Source: Podarcis liolepis (lineage: Eukaryota). Taken from it: a DNA stretch of 64,000 nucleotides. The notes beneath the pieces were generated by a model. It ran no database searches. It had not been told where the DNA came from and saw only the letters and a program-made list of their open reading frames with translations. Positions 1 to 13,229 of the stretch are shown here, piece by piece. The stretch lies in assembly GCA_965112155.1 (NCBI GenBank), contig OZ218100.1; one strand, written 5' to 3'. A program made the translations under genes and the position numbers. Within the stretch, counting starts at the first letter, position 1, and each line of letters begins with the position of its first letter.

Positions 1-3000
1 TAATACAGATTGCCTTCATGAAAAATTTAATCCCCTCCCACAAACTAAGTTGGAGAAGAGGCATCTGTATTTGTTCTTTCCAGCGGTTGCACACTAGAAG
101 CGAATGCTGCATCAGCAAGGACTGTTATTCTGGGACAAATGGTTTTGTATCGCAGAGCCAACCTGAATTAGTTGGTTTCTGACATCCTCTTAAATTGCTT
201 CTCTCCACACTGCAAACTCTGCCAAGAAGTGCACCAGTGGCGCAATTTCCTTCATCTTTCATACGTGAAACGACACAACGTTCCTGTTCTTCCGCCACAA
301 GAGACTTGTCCGAGTGGAACAAAATTCTGCCCTGCACTCCCCCTCTTGTGAACCTTTAAAATCAGTGTGGGGAGAAGTGCAGCTGCACTAGAACTCTGCA
401 CTAGATACAGCTTGATGTGATCAACTCCCCCCTCGCTGTATTTTATTCAAGTTGGCACCTGTGCTTGCACGTAAGCCAAGGTCTGTTTCTGCTCTGGAAA
501 GGTAGGGATGGTCACATGGGGGTGCTTGTGGGGCTGCTCTGGCTATGCATGATGTTAGATCCCCAGAATGCAGCCTCAATATCACCAGAGATATTCTGTC
601 CCATGCATATTTTTTTTATTGCAACAGCTTGAAATTGGAACCTTCTTTTCAAGCCAAAACTTTTTAAAATTATAGTAACAAGATACAATGATTTCAAGGT
701 ATCATTGAAGACTATGGGCACTGGTAGTCATTACTGATATCCCAAATCAGCACTGGAAAAGGAAGCAAAAGGAAATGCAGACCATTACAAATGGATTGTT
801 TGGTGAGCAGAGCATTAATCCAAGGTTCTGCTGATGCACACGGCAAAATCCAGAGATCTATCAAATGCTGCTTTTGAATTCAAGCAAGCTGACTACTATG
901 TGCAATATTTTGCCTGTGCCCTTACAAAATAGCTCACTCCAATGACCATGAGTCATAATTGAGTCTGGCAGATAAGTGTGGTAAAAATAACTTCATTATG
1001 GAACTAAGCCAAAAAATAAAAAAAAATCCAAAGAAGCAGAAGACTCTGGCTGTGATAGTGAACAGAACTTTATTTAGATCAAAAGGTTAATTGGGGGGCT
1101 TATAAGAAAAGATGGCAAGCCAATGGCACAGTTCTGTGACCACATATAATCCATTCCACCTCTATAGCAATATATCATGGGTTGAATATCTAGCGAGAGA
1201 AATGTGATTTCTGTGAAACCTGCCCTAATTTTTTTCAAAATTGAAAGCAGTGCTGTCCTTACATGAGCAGAATAGACTACTGCTTCCACCTCCCAGAGGA
1301 TTGGGAGACCTTCAGAGAAGGCTGCTTTCTTGGGGTTGGGGGGTTCGCAGAGGGTTGAAAGGGGAGGTGAACACTGGGTTACTTTAATATAGACATAAAC
1401 AAACATTTCCTTGTGGCTTACAAGAACATATTGAAAACAATGTAATAATTAAAAAACAACAATAAGGCAGCAAAAATCCCACTCATTACACTCACAAACA
1501 CACAGACACACAGAGGGAGGGAGGGAGGGGTGGCACAAATTATTTCTCATAAGTTTGCAGACAATGCTCCTAAGAGTTATATATATTCCTAAATGATGGA
1601 ATGCACTAGTTTTAAAAAAGGCGTATGTTGACCAAGCACGTGGACATCATTTCAAGATTTTATGAAGTGCACCAAGAGTTTTGGGTAAAACCTGCAAAGG
1701 TTCCAACCCATCATTTGTGTATAAATACCCACATATGATTTTTATGCTCTCTTAATTTGTATAGCATGACATTTACTTGTACACAATCGTTATCGGTGCA
1801 TAGAAGTGTCACACTGAAAATGACACTTGACTAGAGAGCATATAAATCAACAAGTTCTTCTAGAATTTACAGGAAAGGGGTAAAAGCTAAATCAGAAAAT
1901 GTTGACGTGTGGCATGAAGGGGAAATGAAAGCTCTCATGGCATCGCTGACAATTATGAAGGCAACTGTTGAGCATAACTGGCTGTCAGGAACATGAAAAT
2001 GTTGGTAAATATAACAGCAGATCTCAACAGCTCACACTGTGTGTGTGTTTGATTGGAGTTGTCACTTTTAAACACCATCCTGCTACATGTTCCAAGGATG
2101 ACTGAAATAACAAAACTTGAAAATATTTTGTAGACTATGGGTTGGATTCAGACCTGCTGTTCCACAAATGGAAGGGCTCCTTCTGTTCGTGGAAGTATGT
2201 TGGATCCAGTGGAGGTTTCTACTCCATGGGTGGGAAGAGAAGCCCATTTTTGCCAATACCGTACTATACCGCTGCCCCATTGTCACTTCCCATTCTGTCT
2301 TAGGGCCACCAACCTTCCAATGCTGGTTTTTGGGAGGCATGGGGAGGGAGAACCAACAAAATACCGTAACTTCCTCCCTCTTCCATGCATCCAGTTTGGG
2401 ATGTTCCACTCCGACCAATGACTGTACTCCACACAACAGTTAAAGTGCATATTAAGAACCAAAATGTCACATTATTTAGTTTTCAACTGGGACTGTGTTT
2501 GTGAAAGACGGAACAGCAATATTGTGTCATCTGTTATTTAGAGCCAACATAGGAAGAGCTTTTATTTACTTAGGACAGAGACCTAGAATTTTCTACAGCT
2601 TGGCCTCTGATTCATCCTAGACACAGAGGTTTAAACATTTGCCTGTCTGGAGGCTGCCGTGGTGTGGCCAAAACATAATTTGCTGGTGCAGTTGACAGAC
2701 AGCATAATCTATAATATTTTCCAAATGCTAGTGAGTCAACATTTGTACAAGCCAGCCATGACTCATTCTTCCAAGTGAAAGCTTGTTACTGATACGTTAA
2801 GATATAAAGTAAATGGTTCTAGTAATTCATCCAATTCCAAGGTCTGTAAACTCCAGATCTTTTTAGAAACATATAAGGCAGCTGGTCATATCTTAAAATA
2901 ATGGCTGGGATCCAAAAAATCTGGCCTTGAGACAGCTCAGGAGATTTCCCCCTCTTGTACTAAGATACAGCACCTAGAATAGAATGACAGTGGCATGTTT

Positions 3001-3256
3001 CAAATGTTCCTACAGGAAGCGGTCAGGGCTTGGATACTGGCAGAAATGTCAAAACCAGCCAAATGCGTACCAATGAAACAGATGGCAATTTGAAACTTGG
3101 GCGAAACGTAGTCTCTTTCTACTTGTTTTATAAAGAATAGGTACAACTTAGAGATGAATGTTTATCAAAAATTATCTTCAGTCTTCACATGTGGGTACAA
3201 AACATGTGAAGGGGCTTCTGAGAAAATACCAGATTAGCTTCATCCTCTAAATAAGG

Positions 3257-3390
3257 AATAGTCAATGTGTTGCCTAGCAGATGCTGTTGGACTACAGCTC
3301 CCATCATTCCAGTTCATTGGCCATGTGAGCTGGGGATGATGGGAGTTGTAGACTGATAACATATTGAAGTCATGTGCTGGCTATCCTTGC
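3257..3390. mobile_element. Palindromic hAT-like MITE (decayed); second copy near 50611-50746
   Basis: actacagctcccatcat ... atgatgggagttgtag inverted core. Confidence 0.65.
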
Positions 3391-3964
3391 CCCACAGGCA
3401 TGCAACAGCTGATATGTCATTGGCACCAGACTGAAGGGACCCTATGGATTTTATGGGTACAGGCTCCCCTCATGTCAATCATGTGTCACTCTGAGGGCAT
3501 GGACAAAATATGTGTTACTGTCTAGGGGGTAGAGCTAGTTGCAGGAGTGTTATTCAAAGTCCCTTCATGAGGTCAGTGTCCCGTTCCCCCCCCCCCTGTG
3601 CTAAGCAATTGAAATGGGTAAAGCTATTCTGTACTTTTTAAAACTGGTGGTGAACTGGTGAAGTGTGGTGTCAATTGATCATATATTGCATTTATGCTTA
3701 TTTATGCATTTATTTCTAGGTTTATGAAATAAGAACACCATCTAACCTACCTCCACAAAAGAGCTTTCTGTAAAAGTACCGTTTTAGAAGGTGAGTTTCT
3801 GGAAAAGATGTTGATTTTCACTCAGAATATTAATTTACCTAACCCAAATAGTTCTTCCAACAGATTTCCAAGTATACTTGTAACTGTGACTTTACATTTT
3901 GAATAAATACTGAATTAGTAACAAGAGACCTTAACGTTCTCTACTCTTTTTTCCAGGGGTTGTA

Positions 3965-4026
3965 ATGGCAGGTACAGCAATAAGACTGCGACAATTTGTA
4001 GATACATCACCACAAATGCCTCCAGG
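3965..4026 (+). CDS. SPMIP3: C1orf100/SPMIP3 coding exon 1 (MAGTAIRLRQFVDTSPQMPPG)
   Basis: ATG at 3965 after acceptor ttttttccag (3956), donor GTAAAG at 4027; resembles recalled human N-terminus MTAIRLREFIERRPVIPP; synteny with ADSS2. Confidence 0.88.
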
Positions 4027-4431
4027 GTAAAGTATCAAAAACAAAGCCCAGTTCCTTCAGAAACAGGTGCAGGATTTCACAAAACATTGCACTAACCTAG
4101 CAAGTTCAAGCCTGTCTGACAAATCCTTATTATAAAGGCTCAAGAACAGTATTTGAGAACATCTAAACTTTAAAATTTGCATTTCATGTACTTTGATAAT
4201 CTCTACTATCACCTGGCAATCTGGAGAAAGTTTTAATAAAAAAAAACCCAGGCCTAATTAATTAATGTAAAAAAAATGAAAGCTCCAGAAGACAACAAAT
4301 GCAAATTGAGTGACATACTTAAACAGTTCACTAATAATTATTTGTAGAGATTTATAGAAATTCGGGCAGCAGATCTCAGCACAGAATTTGAATACTGAAT
4401 CCCAATAATGATTTTCCCTTGCTTTTTCTAG

Positions 4432-4524
4432 GTATATTCTACATCAGGGAAAGGATGTCGTTGGTTACTATCCAGGGCAAACAGCAAGGGTTCATTATGA
4501 ATATCCTCCTGAAAGTGAGAGAAG
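4432..4524 (+). CDS. SPMIP3: C1orf100/SPMIP3 coding exon 2 (YILHQGKDVVGYYPGQTARVHYEYPPESER)
   Basis: Acceptor tttttctag, donor GTATGA; HQGxDVxGYYPGQxAR motif as in recalled human C1orf100; phase 2 in and out, consistent with flanking exons. Confidence 0.92.
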
Positions 4525-5005
4525 GTATGAAATGTATTTTGAACAGCTGCTCACCCCTTAGGAGGTGTTCTAATTAATTAAGGTATGAGAAGTTGGCAGC
4601 AATTGCACACCGAGACAGTTCTGCATATGGCCCTTTACTGCCTTAACATTAGAAATTTATTGTGACAGGTAGGACACACAAAAGCTTTTTCCCGGGCCTG
4701 TCTTGCACTCTTCCCATTTATCAAACGCTGAAAAGGTCAACACTGATAGAGCCTTTGTTACTTCCACCATTCGGCTCTCAGGTGACTGGAACGCCTTATT
4801 AAAATACTCAAGAACCCCATTATTACCTGGGGGTGTCATGCATGTGCACACCATAGAATGGCAATGTGGATGGAAACAGCTTGCTAGCACAACCCCTAGA
4901 TCAACATGATGCAAGCAACAGTCCAACATTTAGAGGGACCATGTTGGCTGCCTGGTTATTATTTCAATTTCATTGTTCTGTATGGGACAATGACAATAAA
5001 GATAT

Positions 5006-5541
5006 CATAGAATCATAAAGTTGGAAGAGACCACAAGGGCCATCGAGTCCAACCCCCTGCCAAGCAGGAAACACCATCAGAGCACTCCTGACATATGGTT
5101 GTCAAGCCTCTGCTTAAAGACCTCCAAAGTAGGAGACTCCACCACACTCCTTGGCAGCAAATTCCACTGTCGAACAGCTCTTACTGTCAGGAAGTTCTTC
5201 CTAATGTTTAGGTGGAATCTTCTTTCTTGTAGTTTGGATCCATTGCTCCGTGTACGCTTGCCTGGAGCAGCAGAAAACAACCTTTCTCCCTTCTCTATGT
5301 GACATCCTTTTATATATTTGAACATGGCTATCATATCACCCCTTAACCTCCTCTTCTCCAGGCTAAACATGCCCAGCTCCCTTAGCCGTTCCTCATAAGG
5401 CATCGTTTCCAGGCCTTTGACCATTTTGGTTGCCCTCCTCTGGACACGTTCCAGTTTGTCAGTGTCCTTCTTCAATTGTGGTGCCCAGAACTGGACACAG
5501 TACTCCAGGTGAGGTCTGACCAGAGCAGAATACAGTGGCAT
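5006..5541 (-). mobile_element. 5'-truncated CR1 LINE (end of ORF2 + 3' UTR)
   Basis: [40 protein letters not shown] peptide uninterrupted; ATTCTATG-type terminal repeat. Confidence 0.93.
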
Positions 5542-6808
5542 ATTCGTATCGTATCGTACGTAGAATATCGTATTATTATTATTTATTGACCAGTGACAAT
5601 CTTTTCAGCAGTGGTTTTCCCACTTGCTGAAAGCCCTCCCTAGTGAAGTGCACCTGCTTCCATCATCATACACTTTCAGGAAGAATTCAAAAACAGTCTC
5701 TCTTTATCCAGGCATTAGGTGGCTGAAGAATACCGTTCCTGGCAATTGCTGGATGGAATAATGTTTTCAACTATGGCTGCTTTTAGAATGTTTTCTAACC
5801 CGTACTAGAATGTTTTGTTTCTAAATTGTGTATCTGTTTGTGGCCCTGGACTCCTTTGGGAGGGAGGTTAGGTTATAAATTTAATAACATAATAATAATG
5901 CCTTTGCTTTTTACACAAAGAGAAAGTGTGTTTGAAGTAAGTACTCGGAAATCCTAAGCCGTTAATTTGGCATAAACAGAGTCACTTCACACATCTGAAT
6001 GTAAATTCCTCAAAAGTGCTCACAGAAAACTTGGAATTAGTTAGCATCACCTGAATGCGGATTTGACACTTCTGGTGTTGAGGAACAGACACTGACCCAC
6101 AAAAGAAATTTAATGCACACACATACAAACTACCAGAGTGCTAAAGAAGGGGAGGTGAAAGTTTGGGGATGTTTAAAATGGATTGTAAAGCTTGGTCTAT
6201 TTGACTCATCTAGCCAATTTGTCACCCTATCTTAAAAAGAAAAATGAATCCCCGAAGAGAGGAAATGTGGACTAGTGGTTAAAGCATAGGGTTTCCCCCT
6301 CCCAACCAGATCAATCCTGGTTTGAATGTGCATTAGCCCTACATTACTCTCCATTACTGTTAATACTTTGAGTATAAATGCGGGCCTTTTGTACTCTCAT
6401 GTAATTCTTGATACATAAGTAAAGGTTTCTCATGAGGATACTTAATTAAAAAAATAAAACCTCCAGCTAGTATTGAAAGCTATTTATTATATGTTACAGT
6501 AAGCTTCCACAACAGAATAAAATCAATGCAGTTTACTCTGCTGCAAGTGCAAAGTGCACAGCCTCATTTGCACTACCTCAAGAACCCGATATTCAGTTGG
6601 CACAAACAATAGCTTATTATGAGTCTGGCTGTAAGCTGCCATGCTGCTAATGCCTATTAGACTATAGCTGGATTATAACTGAATGGTCCATTTCAATAGG
6701 ATATTAGAATAAGTATTTAGATATTTGGCTACTCTTACAGGCAGCTCATGTTTTACCAAGCCGGGTGTCAACACAAGATTACTGAATTGTTTTATCTTTT
6801 TCATAAAG

Positions 6809-6984
6809 CCTTTATAGAAAAATGCAGACAGTCCCAGTAAAACGTGAAACTGTACTTCAGCATGACTATGACTATTTAGTTCTGAAGCAATATATTCACT
6901 ACCAGAGGACCAAGAAGAAAGTCAGTGACTGGTGTACAACAACAACATACAGAGAAGCATTCACATTACCATTTTACAAATCAG
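6809..6984 (+). CDS. SPMIP3: C1orf100/SPMIP3 coding exon 3 (LYRKMQTVP...DWCTTTTYREAFTLPFYKS)
   Basis: 176-nt open exon, acceptor tcataaag, donor GTGGGT; W...TTYR...LPFY motif matches recalled human WYKETTYRRDYSLPFY. Confidence 0.88.
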
Positions 6985-9098
6985 GTGGGTAAATTCTTAG
7001 CCAGATAACATACACAACCTACGTTTAGGTTAGGAAAGCTCTTCAATCTTATAAAAAAATAGCTTTATGTATTGATTTGCACATTCACTTTCATATACTT
7101 TTTTTTTTGAAATAAAAAGGCCAACAGAAGCTTTTGACCTTACACAGAAGCAAAGCACAGTAGTATTTTCCTTTTTAAGAAATAAATGTGGAAGGTAGCC
7201 ATTAGGCTGGCTTAAAAAAAAATCCTTCACTGTTAAACATGTTTATATAAATGTTGATGTGCATTACATGCCTTCGTCACAGCTTGGAAGGGAGCTAATC
7301 GTACTGTTCCCCACCTAGAGCGGAAGAGAGTAAATGCAAGAATATAGCGAGAGGTTAGCCCAACAGTTTTCATGAAAATCAACAATTGCATTAAACATTA
7401 ATAAGCATTTAACCAGCGATTTGTAGGGCTTGATTTCTTAAAATGAAAAAAAAAAAGTTTTGATATTTTAAAAATACATACGCAATTGAAATTAGTGCAA
7501 AAAAGAAGACGAACTTCAATCCTGCAAGCTCTGCGTATCAGGTAAAGCTATTAGCTCATGGATTAGCAGTCTACTATGAGATAATCCCAACGCTGGTATT
7601 TTGGCAGAAAGCCCTTCTGCCCAACAATTGCCTACAGATTAAAATATCCTTCTTCGCCCTTTCCAGAAGGTTAAACTTCTCTGAAGTATGTGATGTTTGT
7701 CATCCTCTGAGAATATACAGGTCTGAATTCAAAGAACTGTAATGCTTCTGTGAACCCATGGGAGTTTTGGACTTGCTTCTCACAAGAAGCAGGGCCTTAA
7801 ACTACAGGGTAAATCTCTTCAAACAAAGGACCAAGTCTAATATGGCACCAGGGCTGGGGGTGGGTGCCACACAAAGGGGAAAAGTCAAACCAAGGTTCTT
7901 TTTTAGCGGTCCGCATGAGCTCTGCAGAGGTGTTCCAAGAAATCATGTGGCTTTATAGTTAAACTGGTGGGCAACTAAATTCATTTTCTGCAACAGTGCT
8001 TGATACAACTGTTACTGTTTCAATGTCTCTAGGTGAAGTTCAACAATGGTTCAATAGTCCAAGCTTTGTAGTTCTTCTTCCACCATTGGGCTGAGATTAA
8101 ATAATGATTTATCAGTTCAGAATAACCAATCAAGTGGATGTGGAGGAGGAAGAGCTAACACACAGTTCGGATGGGTCAAAAGCTAGAATGAGAAATAAAA
8201 ATGCAACAGCCATAGCAGGGCACCCTGGTTTTTTGTTTTTTGTTTTTTGTTTTTAATGTGATCTACAGAGCCTTCAGAAAAAGGCACATTGCTGAGGAAT
8301 AGTTACATGAAGCGTCTGGTATATGCTTTTTTATGTGACTGGGGTGTGCGGGATGGAAGTGTTAGAAGCTGCCAGTCAATTATCCACAGGTTTTGAATTC
8401 ATTAATTCCTTCTAAATTCAAGCAGCAAGGCCAATAATGATTTTATGTTTAAATTATAGACATTGCTGAGGATTATCATCCAAAATCTGATGCTGAATCA
8501 CAGTCTGTTTGGAAAAGTTTTTCAGCAAAGAAGAAAGACAAAGCTAAACCTTCATTTATGGGAGTTTGATAAATCCTTTCAGCCAAGCTGTGTGTTTTTC
8601 TAAACACATGCACACACCGAAAAACAAGATGGAATAACCTTTCAAGACTGCCGCCCACAAAAGTACTAAAGACGTCTTCTTATACTATATGGAGTGTTGC
8701 AATTTTAAATATGTTCTGAACTGCTTTGAACACTTCTGAAACTTGATTTTAGAGATGGAAAAGCTTGATGGTAATAGATATCAAAAGGGGGGGACGATAT
8801 TTTTTTGGGGGGGCAGCCTTTCAGTGCTGCAACTGCAAAGCACAGGCAGAAGTTAATCAGTGTTACAAAAGGCCTCTTCTCTTCTCTCCTCCACCCCCCC
8901 CCGGCAAAAAAATTGACCATGGCTTCTTTGTCCCAGAAAGGCAGGAGTAAAAAGCAATGGGAGGTGTACTTAGATCTTACTTAGATCACTTCTGTCCCCT
9001 ATGCATATTTCCAGAGAATTTACTAGGAATATATTCACTTCTGAGTGCCCCCGCCCCTGCCCCGCAATAGTGCACAATGCAGGGCAAAATAAATCATA

Positions 9099-9459
9099 GG
9101 TAAAGGTAAAGGTACCCCTGCCCGTACGGGCCAGTCTTGCCAGACTCTAGGGTTGTGCGCCCATCTCACTCAAGAGGCCGTGGGCCAGCGCTGTCCGAAG
9201 ACACTTCCGGGTCACGTGGCCAGCGTGACATCGCTGCTCTGGCGAGCCAGAGCCGCACACGGAAACGCCGTTTACCTTCCCGCTGGTAAGCGGTCCCTAT
9301 TTATCTACTTGCACCCGGAGGTGCTTTCGAGCTGCTAGGTTGGCAGGCGCTGGGACCGAACGACGGGAGCGCACCCCGCCGCAGGGATTCAAACCGCCGA
9401 CCTTTCGATCGGCAAGCCCTAGGCGCTGAGGCTTTTACCCACAGCGCCACCTGCGTCCC
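9099..9459 (-). mobile_element. Full-length Sauria (POM-type) SINE with 13-bp TSD
   Basis: GGGACGCAGGTGGCGCTGTGGG head, (ACCTTT)n tail, TSD aaaataaatcata at 9086-9098 and 9461-9473. Confidence 0.9.
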
Positions 9460-11051
9460 AAAAATAAATCATACTAGGACTTAAATGGGGGGAAAGGAAT
9501 AGGATTCCATCCCCTCTTCCACCCCATTAGAGCAATACCGCTCTTCTTTCACCTTGCTCTGGAGATGTGGAAGCAACCAGGATGGTCAAGCTAGAGAGAC
9601 CAGAAGCTTGAATGAGATTACTGTTTTGTATAACTCTGCAAACTGCTTCCTCTTTACCCATACTAGAATGTTTAACACTGGAAATACATGAGATGCAGGG
9701 TATCATATATAGACCTATCCCAATTTTTGCAATACAGGAACACCCACAGGTCACTGGAAGAAGCAACTGTTCAAAGCTGTAAGGAAAAGTTGAGGGATTG
9801 ATACAACATTGTTTTAGGGCTGCTGCCTCCCTTCCTCCATGTGTAACTCGGGATAACACTTTAATGAATGATGGAGTGTTGTCTACGAAAGATCATGCTA
9901 TAATATATGTCTTGTCGTTTAAGGTGTATAAGACTTTGCTGCTGCAAAAACACCAAACAATTCCTACCCCCTGGGAATTTTAAAAGATTAGTTTGCAGAC
10001 ATGACAGTTATTTGTGATTTCAAAGGGGTTCTATCAGAGCATGCTGAATATTTTTCCTGTGTGCACAAGCATGTGTGTTGCTAAGGGGTGTGTGGAAAGA
10101 ATCACTTTATTTTTTAGTTAACACAGAACTATGCACCAGTGCATAGGTAGTTAGAAAAACATACCTAGCAAACTGGAAATAGCAAATTGAGCAGATTTAT
10201 TATGTGTTATCCCTGCTACCAGAACAGGTAATTGTGAATAAAATGTTAAAAAGGCAGAGACAAAAGAAAGCAGGCAAGGGGGGGGGGGGAAATGTGTATT
10301 CTATGGGCTGGATCCTAAATTAGTTTTCTGTAAATAGGAGGCCTCCCATTGGTGGAAGGAGACTGTTTTTGCAGATTCCTTCCTTCCCCTCTTCTGGAGC
10401 ACCCCCTCCCAAACACTCCAGAGCAGACTTTCAAAGGAGCTGCAGGGGAAGGCAAAAATCAGTGAAATTCACTTCTCATCCCTCACTTTTGCCAGCAGAA
10501 TCAATGCCGTGTAAATTTTGAAAATTCAGAACATATCACTGCTAATCCAGTAAGAAGGCCAGTTTTAAAGATAGAGCCCAAAATTTGAGAGAAATATTTG
10601 GATAGGGAGAATTTTAAAAGTATCCATAACCAAAGCCTTCTCCAGAATCTAAACACAATAATGCTATTCCTAGCTTCAATGACGGGTTCTTCTAAAATGT
10701 TTCCGTACTCCAAAAATAATCTTGGCATTAACAAAAAATGGCTGTCTGCAAGAAAACAAAACAAAACAGAAAACAGCAGCATACTGTTCTGATAAAAGGA
10801 AGTCAATCCACACATCAAAAAGAGAAAGGCTAATGTTGTTTTATTCTGGTGGAAAAGCATCTTGCTAGATGTGGTTGGAGTCAAAAAGATTAAAGGGAAA
10901 GTGAACACTTACTATCTCTGGAGAAGCAATTTGAAAAAGAAGGTTGGGGGTCCAAGGAGCTGAAGTGAGGAGGGAAGACAAGAAGACCTGTTGTGTGAGT
11001 GGACTGCTACTTACGCAGCTCTCGATCCATCCCACTCTCTTTTCTTAACAG

Positions 11052-11230
11052 AAAATGCTTATTTTGGATTACCTACCCCTGGATTTCTGCATAAAGGTCT
11101 TCTTAACCAATGGTACACACCTGCAAAGTGGTGTATAGCACAATGTACCTCACAAGCAACAGTGGATGTGAAGACCATGCTTATGTACAAATATACTCAG
11201 CAAGTGCATCAAAAATATTCAGTTTTTTAA
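11052..11230 (+). CDS. SPMIP3: C1orf100/SPMIP3 probable last coding exon (ENAYFGLPTP...QKYSVF*)
   Basis: Strong acceptor tctcttttcttaacag; phase 1 matches exon 3; open to TAA at 11228-11230; AATAAA at 11474; weak similarity to human C-terminus. Confidence 0.65.
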
Positions 11231-11473
11231 AAGCTATCATGGCACCATGGTTTGTTTACCTGCTATATGGAAGCCCAAGCTTCCAATCATATTTGTCCTG
11301 ATTATGATTCAGCGTACACATTCAAACTCATTCAATAGTTAATAGATTCTCCTTAGGCTATTTGACTTTTACTGTCCCACAAGCTTAGTGAAGCTACACT
11401 AAAGCCTGTCATCAGTTTCCTTTCCCTTTAGTGATCTGGTTGCATTGTATTTTTGTCGTCTGTATGATTTCAA

Positions 11474-11479
11474 AATAAA
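11474..11479 (+). terminator. Putative polyadenylation signal of C1orf100/SPMIP3
   Basis: AATAAA about 245 nt after the stop; second AATAAA at 11569. Confidence 0.45.
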
Positions 11480-12310
11480 ATTCCTTTAAAGGCGGGGGGC
11501 GGGCGTTGTAATTAGTGCTAGTATGTCAGCACCAACTAGCAACTGTTATCTCATACAAAATGCCAGTTAATAAAAACGTAAATGCAGCTCACATATTTAG
11601 TAGAGTTATACACCAGATCTGGCTGAATTCTGAATTGGATTGGATCAATTCAGGCTGATTTGTGCCCTATCCAGATCAGGCTGAAGCAGCTACAAATCCC
11701 TACAGAGAGGGCTGGGTTGTCCCAAACAGATTTGTATTGATCTGTTGCTGAACTGTTGCTCGAAACAGTCTCAGAAAAACAGATAAGACTGTGAGAAAAC
11801 ACAGTTACAGCCATTTTGGTTTCACAATTCAAGTCAATGGGATTTCCAGAGATTTGTAATTTCCGCATTGCTATCTGGATTTCTAAATCTGCCCCCACAA
11901 ATCAGATGAGGGGAGTCCCTAAAAATTTAGTTCTGTGTACTGTTTCGGCTTACCTCTCTTACAGTAACTCTTAAAATATCAATGAAAAGAAGAAAGCTAT
12001 GGAAGAATTTCAGCATAAAAGTTAGAAAGCCACCATTGTTCACCTTATAAAGCTGATGAATGATGCTGAGAATGTTACGGCATATAATAGGGATTGAAAA
12101 TACTTACGCATCTATAGCACTGATAACTGTGGGATAAAATGACTGACATAGCAGGCATGCAATGGAATCAAAAGAAAAGGCTTCTGCAAAAACAAAACAA
12201 AAGCCACAAAACACAAAGCAACAAACATGATTTGTACATCCTGTTATCTTAGGGTATTTGCCAAGATGATTTTTAAAAAATCTATTTACAGTAAAGTATT
12301 GGCTTCAGTA

Positions 12311-12316
12311 TTTATT
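12311..12316 (-). terminator. Putative polyadenylation signal of ADSS2
   Basis: tttatt on + (AATAAA on -) about 860 nt downstream of the ADSS2 stop. Confidence 0.45.
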
Positions 12317-13176
12317 TATCTAGGTAGCCCAATGTGTCCCTAACAGGACTGCCAGTAGCTCCTGTGTCTACATTCAAGGACCCGACTATGCATCCAGTTT
12401 CCGATAATCCTCTAAATATTTGAAATTTGATGGATTTGACACTAGGCTAATGAACTGATGGATCACTGGGCAGAAGGAATAAAAGCTGAAATGCAGAAGT
12501 ATCATAACAGCTAAAAATGTATTAATGAACTCCTTTCAGTAGTGAGTATAATAGACCTACAATATGTTTTCTGTATCTTACTTTATAATTTAAGTTGTTG
12601 CACTGTTTACATATTAAACATCCCTTCCAAACTATCATTTCATAATAGTTTTAATAAAAACCTGTAACAAAAAAGAGTTTTCTTCATCATTATAAAATCA
12701 TCCCTCTCTTTAATCACACATTACTACAGCAGCCATACAGGTAACAACAGCTTTAGGAGTACAAATGAGGATGTAAAACTCTGTGCAAAACTGCATTAAT
12801 TATTTTAAGCATCTAAAATTTCAGGAAGTAACACCACCAAAAGCAGAGACAATAAAGACATATGGTCATGAAAGTAATATACAACCTTTGATTTAGAAAG
12901 GTAGTGTTGGGACAAACATCTGAAGGAGAAAAAAATCTGGTGGCACCTTGACAAATGGTGGCAATAGTGACAAATGCCCTGGAATTTGTGAAGTGATACT
13001 GATAGTTGCCAAAGTCTTTTACAGCAGTAACAATTATTTGTCCAGACCATCTTTAGCTCTTAAATACAATGTCCAACTTCCAAAAATCATTGCTGCTTAG
13101 GTTAAGAATAATAGATATAAGAATTGACAGTCTCTTTGTGGAGTGTGCTTTCTTTTCTTCCATTTATCTAGTATCT

Positions 13177-13229
13177 TTAGAAGAGCTGAATCATCGACTC
13201 CCTGGATTTTCCTACTCCAATCCATTTAA
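13177..13229 (-). CDS. ADSS2: ADSS2 exon 13 (VKWIGVGKSRESMIQLF*)
   Basis: Canonical ADSS C-terminus, TAA at 13177-13179, acceptor ctgcag. Confidence 0.97.

Noticed and set aside
4703-4909. 68-aa ORF as a C1orf100 exon
   Set aside because: No similarity or convincing splice sites; exon 2 joins 6809 in phase with homologous sequence.
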